DNA of 64,000 nucleotides from Bacilli bacterium (GTDB taxonomy: Bacteria; Bacillota_I; Bacilli_A; RF39; UBA660), in the NCBI GenBank assembly GCA_017527675.1, contig JAFXPU010000022.1, forward strand, positions 36,554 through 100,553, read 5' to 3'. How positions within the stretch are numbered: the stretch's first letter is position 1; each line of letters begins with the position of its first letter. The position numbers were made by a program, and so were the translations under genes. Positions 19,612 to 29,883 of the stretch are shown one piece after another. The notes below the pieces were generated by a model. It did no database searches, was not told where the DNA came from, and worked only from the letters and a program-made list of their open reading frames with translations.

Positions 19612-19770
19612 ATGCATCAATATTTACTTAGAATACCAAAAGTATTATTTAAAAGAATTAAATTGGAGGCTGATGCTAGAGGTATATTTATTAGTGAAAT
19701 GATAATTCAATTAATTGAGAATGGATTGTTAAATATTTATGAAAAGGAGGTAAAAAATGAAAAATCATAG
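19612..19770 (+). CDS. Ribbon-helix-helix (CopG/Arc-like) relaxosome accessory protein.
   Basis: Small basic protein directly upstream of the relaxase. AGGAGG RBS before the ATG at 19612. The ORF track starts it at 19564. Confidence 0.4.
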   Translation: MHQYLLRIPKVLFKRIKLEADARGIFISEMIIQLIENGLLNIYEKEVKNEKS

Positions 19771-20071
19771 AACACATATTACTATATCAGAAGAAGCTCA
19801 CAATATTGTTGAGCAATATAAAATAGGAAATAGATATTCCGAAGCTGTAGATAATTTAATCAAGTTAGGAAATTATAATAATAAACTTGGAGAAACAATT
19901 GATAGAAATAATAAATTGTTAGAAAGATTATTATTCAAAGTTTCATATATTAGTGATTTATTAGATCAGTTTTATGCAGATATGGAAATAGAAAAATTAT
20001 TAAATCCTAAAAATAATAAAGCATTACAAAAATTTAAAACTAATAGGGATAAATTAAAATACGATGACTAG
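19757..20071 (+). CDS. Relaxase accessory protein (MobC-like), hypothetical.
   Basis: Translationally coupled to the relaxase gene. Confidence 0.3.
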   Translation: MKNHRTHITISEEAHNIVEQYKIGNRYSEAVDNLIKLGNYNNKLGETIDRNNKLLERLLFKVSYISDLLDQFYADMEIEKLLNPKNNKALQKFKTNRDKLKYDD

Positions 20072-21338
20072 TACTCCAAATGTAATAATAAAAAATATGT
20101 TTACGCCAAGTCTTAAAAATTTAAATCAATCATATAAAACTCCTGATAAGGTTAAAAAAGAAACAATGAATATGTTTGATTATTATGCTGATGAAAAAAA
20201 GAAGGCATTTTTTATGTTAGATTATTTTAGTGGAAAAATTGGTAAAGAAAATGAAATGAATATTATTTTTGAAAATGGTGAGTATGCTACTAAGGAAGAA
20301 ATAGAGAAACGTAAAAAACAATATGTTAAATATATTGAAAATTCCAATATTTATAAATTAGTTATTTCATTTCCAGAGAATTATTTAGAAGAAAACGTAG
20401 ACATAAAAAAATTTGAAAAAGATTTAGCAAAACATATAATTCCAATGTTTTTAAAAAAGTGTGGATTTGACGATATAAAAAAAATGAGCTATCAATTCTC
20501 ACTTCATACAAATACAGATAACCTTCATTTTCATTTATCTTTTGCTGAAAAAAAACCTAATTATATAAGAACAAATAATAAAGAACCGGTTTATAGACGT
20601 GCCGGTAAACTAGAACAAAAAGAAATAAGCTTTTTAAAAAATGAAATTGATCATTATATTCATAGGGAGAAATTTTTTACACCATTACTTGAAGAAACAA
20701 ATAAAGAACTAGATAATTTAAAAAAATATTTTAATCCTAAAGAAAAGAATTTTATCTTAAAAGATAAAAATGATCTTTTAATCGAAGAAAAAATTGTAAA
20801 ACTAGGTAACCTTTTAGAAGAAAAAAAAGAAAGTAAAGAACATAAAGTAAAATTTAATTCAATAAAAAATAGAGAAATTATAAATTTAACTAATGAAATA
20901 AAAAGAATAATATTTTCTAAAAAAGATACTGAACTATATATCGATTATCAAGATTTTAAAAATAGTATAAATAAAGTAAATAAGTATTTTAAAGAAGTTT
21001 CTTGTAATAATAATTCTAAAATAAACGATAACTCGCTGGTTAAATCTAAACAGCAATATTTAAACAACTATGTTTTAAATGCAATTGTAAATTATGCTAA
21101 CTGTAAAAATATAAGTGAAAACAAATTAATCCAAGAGGTTGTTTATAAAGAATATAAAAAAAATAGAATTAATAATAATGTTGATATTTTAAATAATTAT
21201 TTAGCATATAACACTAAAAGAAATAAATTCATCAATAAATATAGAATAAAAGAAGCAATTAAAAATATTAATAGTGAATTAGAAGATGCTCAAAAAGAGT
21301 TTGATAAGTTATTTCAAGAAGATAAAGAATATTTTTAA
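20064..21338 (+). CDS. Conjugative relaxase (MOBP/MOBQ-like).
   Basis: HTNTDNLHFHLSF matches the relaxase His-triad motif III (HxDxxNxHxH). Its position is consistent with oriT and the coupling protein. Confidence 0.6.
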   Translation: MTSTPNVIIKNMFTPSLKNLNQSYKTPDKVKKETMNMFDYYADEKKKAFFMLDYFSGKIGKENEMNIIFENGEYATKEEIEKRKKQYVKYIENSNIYKLVISFPENYLEENVDIKKFEKDLAKHIIPMFLKKCGFDDIKKMSYQFSLHTNTDNLHFHLSFAEKKPNYIRTNNKEPVYRRAGKLEQKEISFLKNEIDHYIHREKFFTPLLEETNKELDNLKKYFNPKEKNFILKDKNDLLIEEKIVKLGNLLEEKKESKEHKVKFNSIKNREIINLTNEIKRIIFSKKDTELYIDYQDFKNSINKVNKYFKEVSCNNNSKINDNSLVKSKQQYLNNYVLNAIVNYANCKNISENKLIQEVVYKEYKKNRINNNVDILNNYLAYNTKRNKFINKYRIKEAIKNINSELEDAQKEFDKLFQEDKEYF

Positions 21339-21379
21339 CAATTTAATGTAATTATGCTATAATTTAAATAGGTGATAAA

Positions 21380-21883
21380 ATGAAAAAAATCATTTATTTG
21401 CTGCTAATAGCTACTGTAATATGTAGTTTGATAGGATGCACTATTTTGTCGCGTGACTCAAATACAAATAAGTATATTAAAAGAAAAATAAATGTTGATA
21501 TATCAGATTGTAATATTATAGTTGATAATTATAAAAAAGGATTTTTTGGGGATGGCGATTATTTTGTAAAAGCCAATTGTTCTAACAATTCTGAAAATAT
21601 GATTAAGCAATTAAGTTCTTGGAAACAGTTACCTCTTTCCGAAAATTTACAATTAATAATGTATGGCGGTAAAAAAGGTAATGTATATTATTCATATGAT
21701 TTTGCTAAAAAGGCAGGAATTCCAGAAATAAAAAATGGATTATATTTGTTTATTGATAGACATGATGAAAGTAAAGATAAATATAGTGATAAATATTTAT
21801 TTACTAGATCATCACATAATTTTACTATTGCTATGTATGATTTAGATTCTAATATTTTATATTATTACGAAGATGATTCATAA
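21380..21883 (+). CDS. Lipoprotein, hypothetical.
   Basis: Signal peptide with LIGC lipobox. Confidence 0.45.
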   Translation: MKKIIYLLLIATVICSLIGCTILSRDSNTNKYIKRKINVDISDCNIIVDNYKKGFFGDGDYFVKANCSNNSENMIKQLSSWKQLPLSENLQLIMYGGKKGNVYYSYDFAKKAGIPEIKNGLYLFIDRHDESKDKYSDKYLFTRSSHNFTIAMYDLDSNILYYYEDDS

Positions 21884-21953
21884 ATTATATTTATTATAAA
21901 GATTTATGGTAGGAGAGATCCTATCTTTTATTATGCAAAAAAGGAGGAAAAAC

Positions 21954-22292
21954 ATGAAATTATTAACTAAAGAAATAGAAGAAAGATTTAAAAAATATCC
22001 ATTTGGATCACAAGATGAATTGGGTGATAAAGCTGAAGTATTAGTAAAATATTTTAATCCTTGTGGCACAGGGACATGGCTCATTACGGAAGCTGAAAAA
22101 GAAGATAATGATTGGATATTATATGGATATTGTAATATTAATGAATGGGAATGGGGAACTGTTTCTTTAAATGAATTACAGAATTATAAAGGTCCATATG
22201 GGCTTGGTATAGAAAGAGATTTATATACAGGTAATAATAAATATGTTAAAGACTTTGTTAATTACCCTTATGATAAGGAATATGAATTATAA
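21954..22292 (+). CDS. Hypothetical protein conserved in conjugative elements.
   Basis: AGGAGG RBS before the ATG at 21954. The stop overlaps the coupling protein start (ATGA). Confidence 0.35.
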   Translation: MKLLTKEIEERFKKYPFGSQDELGDKAEVLVKYFNPCGTGTWLITEAEKEDNDWILYGYCNINEWEWGTVSLNELQNYKGPYGLGIERDLYTGNNKYVKDFVNYPYDKEYEL

Positions 22293-24259
22293 TGAGTTTT
22301 GATTTAATAATGATATTAATTGTAATAATAATTTTTATTATTATTTTTATATATATAGAACCAATATTAATGAAACATAAAATAAAAAATGATAATGAAT
22401 ATGGATCAGCAAGATTTAGTACTAACAAAGAAATTAAAAAGAATTTTAAAAAAGAAAAAATAAGAAATATAAAAGAAGCCGGATTTCCGGTTTCTTTTAG
22501 TAAAAATTTAAAAAAGATTTACTTTGATAGAGAAACACCACATTATGTTTACTTAGGATCAACTGGTTCAGGTAAATCTGTAACAGCAGTTATACCAACT
22601 TGCACCTTTATAGCCAATGCTAAAAAGAAAAGAAGTGTTTTTATAACCGATCCGAAAGGGGAGATTTATCAAGCAACATCACAGATGTTTAAAAATCATA
22701 ATTATAGAATTTTAACTATAGATTTTAGAAATCCTGAACTATCTAATAAGATAAATATTTTGGAACCAATTATCAAAGAATATGAAGATTATATTAAATA
22801 TGAAAGTATGTCAATTGAATCAGAAATCGAAAGTGATAAATTAAAATATAATAATTTATCCATGAGTTCATTAGCTGAAACTAATAGACTAATATCTTCT
22901 TTATCTATGATGGTAATGAAAGATAAATTTGAACAAAAAGATCCATTTTGGAATGAATCATCTAAAAATTTATTAGAAGGTCTAATAGGATTTTTTTTGG
23001 AAGAATATAAATTAGGGAATATTACCAGAGATAAAATAACGATGACTTCTATCAAAAAATTTCAAAACAGTTCAATGGAAGAAAAAAATTTTAAAAAGTT
23101 TAAAGAATATATAAATACCAGATCTTATGGTAGTAAATCTAAAGATGCTTTAGTAAGTATATTAAGTGCAAGTGATAATACATATAAATCTATTACAGCT
23201 GTATTTGGACAAAAGATGAATATTTTTGATGATATAAATGTAGCAAACGTTACATCTAATTCAGATTTTGATTTTGATATATTGGGTAAAGAACCGGTAG
23301 CATTGTATGTTATAGTACCAGATGAAGATAAAACCTATTTTTCTTTAATTACTATAATAGTAGGTTTGCTATATCGAGAATTAACTAAACTAGCTAATAG
23401 AAATAATAAAAAGAAACTTCCATATGAAATAGATTTTATTTTAGATGAATTTGCTAATTGTCCACCTTTATTAAATATTGAGTCAATTGTTTCAGTAGCT
23501 AGATCTAGAGGTATGCATTTTCATTTTTTTATTCAATCATTTTCCCAATTAGATAATGTATATGGTAGGGAAGTTGCACAAATTATTTTAGATAATTGTG
23601 GTTTAGTTTATTTAAAGACTAATACCCAGGAAACAGCTGAAGCAATTTCAAAAAGATTAGGTAAAAAAACAATTGAATCAAATAGTATGAGACAATCAGT
23701 ATCATTAACTAATTATAGTGGTGATAAAACAACTAATTTAATTGGAAGGGATTTAATGACACCTGATGAAGTTAAACACCTTCACTATAAAACTGTAATA
23801 TTTCCAATAAGAGGGTTTCCAATATTTAGAGATACTGTTTTATATGATAAGTTTAAATGTTATGAACCGGGAATTATTAATAGAGTTTGTAGTCCATTAA
23901 AAGATTTATCATATACATATTTTACAGTTGAACAAATAAATTATGAATTACAAAATAATGCTATTTCAAATGGATTAATGGAGATGAGTAGAGATTTGGA
24001 ACAAGCTGATAGAGATAGTTTAAAATTAGCTGAAACTACAATCAAAAAAATATTTAAAGAAGGTTTTCAAATAAAATATTTTAAAGGTACAAATAATAGA
24101 ACTTATATGAAAGTAATATTAGATCATATTTTAAAACAAAGAGAGAAGTCATTAATTAATACTAAAATAAAAGGAGAGTATTATCATTTTCAAATAATTG
24201 AAGATAATGATAAAACAATTATAGAAATATATAATGAAAATTTATGTATTAATAATTAG
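22292..24259 (+). CDS. Type IV coupling protein (VirD4/TraG family; TcpA-like role).
   Basis: N-terminal TM helix, Walker A GSTGSGKS and a TraG/VirD4-like Walker B (DEFAN). Confidence 0.7.
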   Translation: MSFDLIMILIVIIIFIIIFIYIEPILMKHKIKNDNEYGSARFSTNKEIKKNFKKEKIRNIKEAGFPVSFSKNLKKIYFDRETPHYVYLGSTGSGKSVTAVIPTCTFIANAKKKRSVFITDPKGEIYQATSQMFKNHNYRILTIDFRNPELSNKINILEPIIKEYEDYIKYESMSIESEIESDKLKYNNLSMSSLAETNRLISSLSMMVMKDKFEQKDPFWNESSKNLLEGLIGFFLEEYKLGNITRDKITMTSIKKFQNSSMEEKNFKKFKEYINTRSYGSKSKDALVSILSASDNTYKSITAVFGQKMNIFDDINVANVTSNSDFDFDILGKEPVALYVIVPDEDKTYFSLITIIVGLLYRELTKLANRNNKKKLPYEIDFILDEFANCPPLLNIESIVSVARSRGMHFHFFIQSFSQLDNVYGREVAQIILDNCGLVYLKTNTQETAEAISKRLGKKTIESNSMRQSVSLTNYSGDKTTNLIGRDLMTPDEVKHLHYKTVIFPIRGFPIFRDTVLYDKFKCYEPGIINRVCSPLKDLSYTYFTVEQINYELQNNAISNGLMEMSRDLEQADRDSLKLAETTIKKIFKEGFQIKYFKGTNNRTYMKVILDHILKQREKSLINTKIKGEYYHFQIIEDNDKTIIEIYNENLCINN

Positions 24260-24452
24260 AAAATAAAGCAATTATTATAAGTTTCTTTACATGGCAAAAA
24301 AAAAGTGTTATATTTATGGTGATAATTATTTTATATATTAAAAGATTGATGAATAGGCAGTATTTTTCGTCAATACAGTAAATATTGTTATTTATTGTAA
24401 TTGAAAATTCTGCCTTTTTTTAATAAATAATAATAAGTTTTGGAGTGGTTGT

Positions 24453-25574
24453 ATGATTGATAATGAAAAAGTTGGTAAATTTATTGCAAAATTAAGAAAA
24501 GAAAAGAATATGACTCAAGATGATTTAGCTATTGAGTTGAGTGTTGATAGAACTATTATTTCTAAATGGGAAAGAGGAATATATATTCCCAATGCTGAAT
24601 TTTTACTTAAAATGCAGACTTTTTTTGATGTTACTATTAATGAGATTTTGTATGGTGAAAGGAAAAATGTTGATAATAATGATAAAATTGATTCAATACC
24701 TGTAGATATCATTAATAATACCAAAAAAAGAATAAAAAGGTATACAATATTTTTTATTAGCATAATTAACTTTTTAATAATATCATTTTTAATATATTAT
24801 TTTATAAATAATTATAATTCGATTAAGGTATATAAAATATATGGAGAAAATTCAAATTTTGGAGTTAATAATGGAATTATGATTTTTTCAAAGGAAAAAA
24901 GTTATATTAAACTTGGTAAAATATATAATTATTCTAATAAAAAAATAATAAATATAGAACTCTGTTATGAAAAAAATAATAAAGAGATCACCCTTTACTC
25001 AGGTTCAGAAGATAATAGCGATTATTTAATTGTGAATAGATTTAATTATAATGAGTTATATGAATATAAAGACATACCATTAATTATAAATGGATTATAT
25101 ATTAAGATTACAATGGAAGATGGTAATATTGAATTTTTAAAATTAAAATTTAAAAAAGATTTTTCCAATAATAAAATTATAGTTAATAATATATTTTCAA
25201 TTTCTGATAATAAAAACATTGATGACGATAAACTAGTTATTTCCAATCATATATTATCTGGATATGAATATAATTCTGATGAAAGATATTTCTTTAAAAA
25301 TTATGTTAATGATAATATTAATTATCTTGAAAAGTATTATAAAGATATAAATAAGGTTGTATTATTAAAAACAGATGATATTTTTTCTGAATACTATGAA
25401 TTTGATTTGTCTAATAAAATTGTTAATTGTTCTTATTTTGAAAATGAAGAATTAATCGATTATTATGATTATGATTTTGAATCTGATAAGTGCATATATG
25501 GTAATTGTAATAAAAATAATGTTCTTTTTATAAAAGAAAAATATATTAATAAATATTTAAAAAATAATAATTAA
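24453..25574 (+). CDS. Membrane-tethered XRE-family regulator, second copy (HTH + TM + extracytoplasmic domain).
   Basis: N-terminal HTH_XRE closely parallel to 18310..19320, plus one TM helix. Confidence 0.55.
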   Translation: MIDNEKVGKFIAKLRKEKNMTQDDLAIELSVDRTIISKWERGIYIPNAEFLLKMQTFFDVTINEILYGERKNVDNNDKIDSIPVDIINNTKKRIKRYTIFFISIINFLIISFLIYYFINNYNSIKVYKIYGENSNFGVNNGIMIFSKEKSYIKLGKIYNYSNKKIINIELCYEKNNKEITLYSGSEDNSDYLIVNRFNYNELYEYKDIPLIINGLYIKITMEDGNIEFLKLKFKKDFSNNKIIVNNIFSISDNKNIDDDKLVISNHILSGYEYNSDERYFFKNYVNDNINYLEKYYKDINKVVLLKTDDIFSEYYEFDLSNKIVNCSYFENEELIDYYDYDFESDKCIYGNCNKNNVLFIKEKYINKYLKNNN

Positions 25575-25707
25575 ATAGATATTAATAAAGGGTTAAATAT
25601 AAAATGTGAAATATTTGCCCTTTATTTTTTTGCGTTTTCATTTTATATTAATCTTAACAACGTAGGATAAGGAGTATAGTTAAAAATAAAATAGAAAGGA
25701 GGAAGAA

Positions 25708-26475
25708 ATGAAATCACTATTAAAAAGAACTATTTTTAGTTTAGGTGTTTTATGTGCAACATTTTTTTCAAGTGATGTTTTTGCAATAGATAATAATATT
25801 CAATTTTACTCTAATGAAAATGATGTAACTGTTACTCAAAAGGAATATGACTTTATAAAAAATTATTATGGTGAAGATTTCTTTGAAGAAATGACGTTAG
25901 AAGATCTTGAATGGATTTCTGATTTGGATATAAACAATAATGATGTAACAATTAATACTGTTTATTTATATGATAATGATGATCTTAATAAACAATCTTC
26001 CGATAGAGGTGTAATACACACTACACCAAGCAAAAAACTAACTATTGCTAAAAGCTGCTCATCATCATGTATTGTTACAACATATCTTAAATGGTTGGTT
26101 AATCCAACAGTTAGAAGTTATGACTTAATTGGAGTCCGTTTTCATAATACAGGATTATCAAATAACACAGTAATTACTAAACTTAATTCAAGTTATGGTA
26201 CATCTTATTCATATAACACCCAATATTTATCAAATGGCGTAGGCACATCTGTTTTACTTCCAAATGGAGCTACAAATATTTCAGTAGAACAAAAAGTTTA
26301 TACAACTTTAGGTGGAACAGTATTTGGAAGTTATCAGCATGCAATTAGTGATATAACACTACAAGATAGCTATAATTATATTATGAGTGCAGGTGGATAT
26401 GGTAGCGTTTTCCTATTTACAAATGGCATGGGAAATTATTACGATGCTATGAATGGCGTTGATATTTCTTTATAG
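25708..26475 (+). CDS. Secreted protein, paralogue of 10899..11807.
   Basis: Signal peptide and shared motifs (see 10899..11807). Confidence 0.5.
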   Translation: MKSLLKRTIFSLGVLCATFFSSDVFAIDNNIQFYSNENDVTVTQKEYDFIKNYYGEDFFEEMTLEDLEWISDLDINNNDVTINTVYLYDNDDLNKQSSDRGVIHTTPSKKLTIAKSCSSSCIVTTYLKWLVNPTVRSYDLIGVRFHNTGLSNNTVITKLNSSYGTSYSYNTQYLSNGVGTSVLLPNGATNISVEQKVYTTLGGTVFGSYQHAISDITLQDSYNYIMSAGGYGSVFLFTNGMGNYYDAMNGVDISL

Positions 26476-26647
26476 TATATATAGTTATTGATGTTTATAT
26501 TAGTAAATAAATAATTATAGAATATATTTTACACTTACAAAAAAATTAGGTATCACTATTTATATATATTTTATATTTCAAAGCTATATATATGGTGGTA
26601 CCTTTTTCTTATTTTAACAAAAATAATAATAGTAAAGGAGTGATTTT

Positions 26648-29032
26648 ATGTCATTAATGGATACGATAGGTGATCCATATGTATATAATACTCAGCACTG
26701 GTTAAATACAACATATGGAAATGATAATAGATATAATGTAATAACGGAAAACGGAAAAACTGGTTGGGCAACAATTTATGCTTTAACAAGAGCATTACAG
26801 ATTGAATTAGGGCTTCCAAATACTGCAGATAATTTTGGCCCTGGAACAGTAAGTGCCTTTAACAATAGATTTCCAACAGGTGTTCATCAACAAAATACTG
26901 GTGATCCAACGGCAGATAATATATATGGAATAATTCAAGGTGCACTTGTTTGTAAGGGTTATGATTTTGGAGCTAATACTCCAACATGTCATTTTTATAG
27001 TGGAACAGGTTCTGCAATAATTAGTTTAAAAAACGATGCTGGTTTGGAGGATACAACTTCAACAGTAACATTAAATATAATGAAGGCACTGCTTTCAATG
27101 GATTATTTTTACTCATATGATACATCTGAGAGAACACAAAATATCATTGAGATGCAACGATATTTAAATAGAAATTATGAATCATATATTGGTATTAGAC
27201 CTTGTGATGGTATATATGGTAGAAGAACTAATCAAGCATTAATATTTGCAATACAGGCAGAAGAGTCAATGCCTATATCAGTTGCAAATGGTAATTTTGG
27301 TCCAACAACTAGAAATTGTTGTCCAACTATACCATATAATAATGTTGAAACTAATTATTACAATCAAACATATAGTTCTGATAAAATAAACAGATTTGCA
27401 AAATTAGTATGTATAGGATTGTATGCTAATGGTATTGGAAATGGAAATATTTCTTCAACAATTAGTACAGCTAACATTAAAAAATTTCAGGATAAATATA
27501 AATTACCTATTACTGGGATAATTGATTTAACAACTTGGTTATCAATTTTTGTTAGTTGTGGTGATGAAGATAGGCCTGCATTAGCCTGTGATTGTGCAAC
27601 CATATTAACACAGGCAAAGGCACAAGAACTTTATAATAATAGTTATAGATATGTTGGTAGATATTTATCTGGAACTGCAGGTGGAATTAGTAAAGCATTA
27701 ACAACAGAAGAAATAAGTATTATATTTAATGCCGGTTTAAGATTTTTTCCAATTTATCAAACAAGTGCAAATTATGTTTCATATTTTACAGAGTCTCAGG
27801 GCGTAAGTGATGCACAAAGTGCATATCAACATGCAACTAATTTGGGAATACCTGAAGGTGCCATAATATATTTTGCAGTAGATTGTGATCCACAAAATAG
27901 TGAAATTGATAATTATATTGATCCATATTTTGCTAATGTATTTTCAACTATGGTTAATACATATAATAATAAATATAAGATAGGTGTTTACGGTACTAGA
28001 AACGTATGTCAAAAAATGAGTAGTTATGGATATACTATAAGTAGTTTTGTTAGCGATATTTCTGCTGGATATAGTGGTAATTTAGGATTTACAATTCCAG
28101 AAGATTGGGCTTTTGATCAGTTTGTTACAACGACTGTTGGATCTGGAGAAGGACAAATTGAAATAGACAAAGATGGTTATTCAGGAAGAGATAGTGGTAT
28201 AGGACCAAATGGATTATCTGATGTTTATAAGGTATATAATAATATAAAAGATTTATATAGATATGCTTTGACTTATCAAAATGTAAGTATAAGCGAAGCT
28301 AATTTACGTACATTGCAATATCTCAGATATTTAAATTCTGATGATTATGATAATACAGCTTGGACAACAGCTGCAGGCGTAATTAATTATCAATTATGTA
28401 ATGTCATAGATGCAATTACTTCATTTGATGAAAGCGATTTTTCGTTTTATGATTTGAAAAATAATTCTGTTGTATATGATACATTACATTTTGCAGCAAC
28501 ATTAAATGCAATTTTGTATGAAACATTTGATCCAAATATTAGTTCAATTGAAGAAATCATAGAACATTTTTCTGGCTGGGCTGGAGATGTGACAACTTTT
28601 GCAAAAGATATAAAGGAGAGATCATTAACACAAACGCAAGCTAATGCGTTAATATGTTCAAGCAATAGCAGTAGATTTGGAATAAGTGATTATTATGCTG
28701 ATGTTGATGCAGTTGTTGTAGGCAAAATGATGAGAAATGAGGAAATGTCATTTCCAGAGGCTTTTTTCAAATACTTTATGTGTAATGATATGATAACAGG
28801 TGAAAGTTATTTGAATAAAAGAACAACTAACTTTTTGAATATAAATGATACATATAATACATTTGTAGTTACATGCAACACGCTAATAAATTCAAGTGCC
28901 TATCCATATCCAAATATAAGAACTGAAATATTAGGTACTTCTCAATCAAATTTTATAACAGAACTTGAAATGGCATCAATAGCATTTCTAATATTCGTTG
29001 GAAACCAATCAACAGAAGAAGATAATGGTTAA
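26648..29032 (+). CDS. YkuG-like cell-wall hydrolase: tandem peptidoglycan-binding (PG_binding_1-like) repeats plus an Rv2525c/DUF1906-like glycoside-hydrolase-like domain plus an unknown C-terminal domain. No signal peptide.
   Basis: DGIYGRRTNQALIFAIQ-type PG-binding repeats. The central region has the DUF1906 hallmarks. No N-terminal hydrophobic segment. Confidence 0.5.
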   Translation: MSLMDTIGDPYVYNTQHWLNTTYGNDNRYNVITENGKTGWATIYALTRALQIELGLPNTADNFGPGTVSAFNNRFPTGVHQQNTGDPTADNIYGIIQGALVCKGYDFGANTPTCHFYSGTGSAIISLKNDAGLEDTTSTVTLNIMKALLSMDYFYSYDTSERTQNIIEMQRYLNRNYESYIGIRPCDGIYGRRTNQALIFAIQAEESMPISVANGNFGPTTRNCCPTIPYNNVETNYYNQTYSSDKINRFAKLVCIGLYANGIGNGNISSTISTANIKKFQDKYKLPITGIIDLTTWLSIFVSCGDEDRPALACDCATILTQAKAQELYNNSYRYVGRYLSGTAGGISKALTTEEISIIFNAGLRFFPIYQTSANYVSYFTESQGVSDAQSAYQHATNLGIPEGAIIYFAVDCDPQNSEIDNYIDPYFANVFSTMVNTYNNKYKIGVYGTRNVCQKMSSYGYTISSFVSDISAGYSGNLGFTIPEDWAFDQFVTTTVGSGEGQIEIDKDGYSGRDSGIGPNGLSDVYKVYNNIKDLYRYALTYQNVSISEANLRTLQYLRYLNSDDYDNTAWTTAAGVINYQLCNVIDAITSFDESDFSFYDLKNNSVVYDTLHFAATLNAILYETFDPNISSIEEIIEHFSGWAGDVTTFAKDIKERSLTQTQANALICSSNSSRFGISDYYADVDAVVVGKMMRNEEMSFPEAFFKYFMCNDMITGESYLNKRTTNFLNINDTYNTFVVTCNTLINSSAYPYPNIRTEILGTSQSNFITELEMASIAFLIFVGNQSTEEDNG

Positions 29033-29070
29033 AAAATATGGTATAATACAACAGATGAGGTGATAATAAA

Positions 29071-29643
29071 TTGAAATCTTTTGTTTTATCGATTATAGCA
29101 GTTGTATATATAATTATAACTATTTTCGTAATTTGTTTTATTTCGTTACCTAGAACAAGAACACATAATAATGATAATAAAATGGAAGATGGAATTATAT
29201 ATGATTATAAACAAAGTAATCACATATTAACAGATAAAGAAATAGAAATGATTAATTATAGAAACGAAGAAGCTAGATTACCTTATTTTGAATCATATGA
29301 CATTAAGTCAAAATGTGATATTATAATTAGTAGTGATTATGATAGATCGCATGGTCTGTTTATTCTATATTCAAATTTATCATATAGTGAGTTGGAAAAA
29401 TTTGTTATTGAGAATTATAAAAATAATGATAATATGAATATATCTGAAGAAATGATTATTATTAATGATTCATACGGTGAAATAATGTTTTTAAAAAATC
29501 GTGATAATAATTTTTCCAAAATAATATATTATACCTTACTACCATATAAATATGATAAAAACAGTATAAATAATTATTCAATTCTTGTAAAATATTTTTT
29601 AAATATAAATGATAGTAATATCAAAAAAAATAATAGCAAATGA
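29071..29643 (+). CDS. Membrane-anchored hypothetical protein.
   Basis: N-terminal TM helix and an N/K-rich extracytoplasmic part. Confidence 0.4.
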   Translation: MKSFVLSIIAVVYIIITIFVICFISLPRTRTHNNDNKMEDGIIYDYKQSNHILTDKEIEMINYRNEEARLPYFESYDIKSKCDIIISSDYDRSHGLFILYSNLSYSELEKFVIENYKNNDNMNISEEMIIINDSYGEIMFLKNRDNNFSKIIYYTLLPYKYDKNSINNYSILVKYFLNINDSNIKKNNSK

Positions 29644-29883
29644 TAAAAATGATAGTATTTTTCAATAACAGAATTGTAATTGAAAAATACTTTTTTTATT
29701 GAAAAATAATAGATTTACAATGTGATATTTTTTCCCATTATTAATTGTTTCATATGTGAAATATTTGCCCTTTATTTTTTTGTGTTTTTTGTAGTATGAT
29801 TTGCTTAGAGAAAAAAAACTATTTATTGATTGTTAACTTGATTATTTGTTTGTTCGAATAGAAAAGGAAAGTGAGGTGATAAA

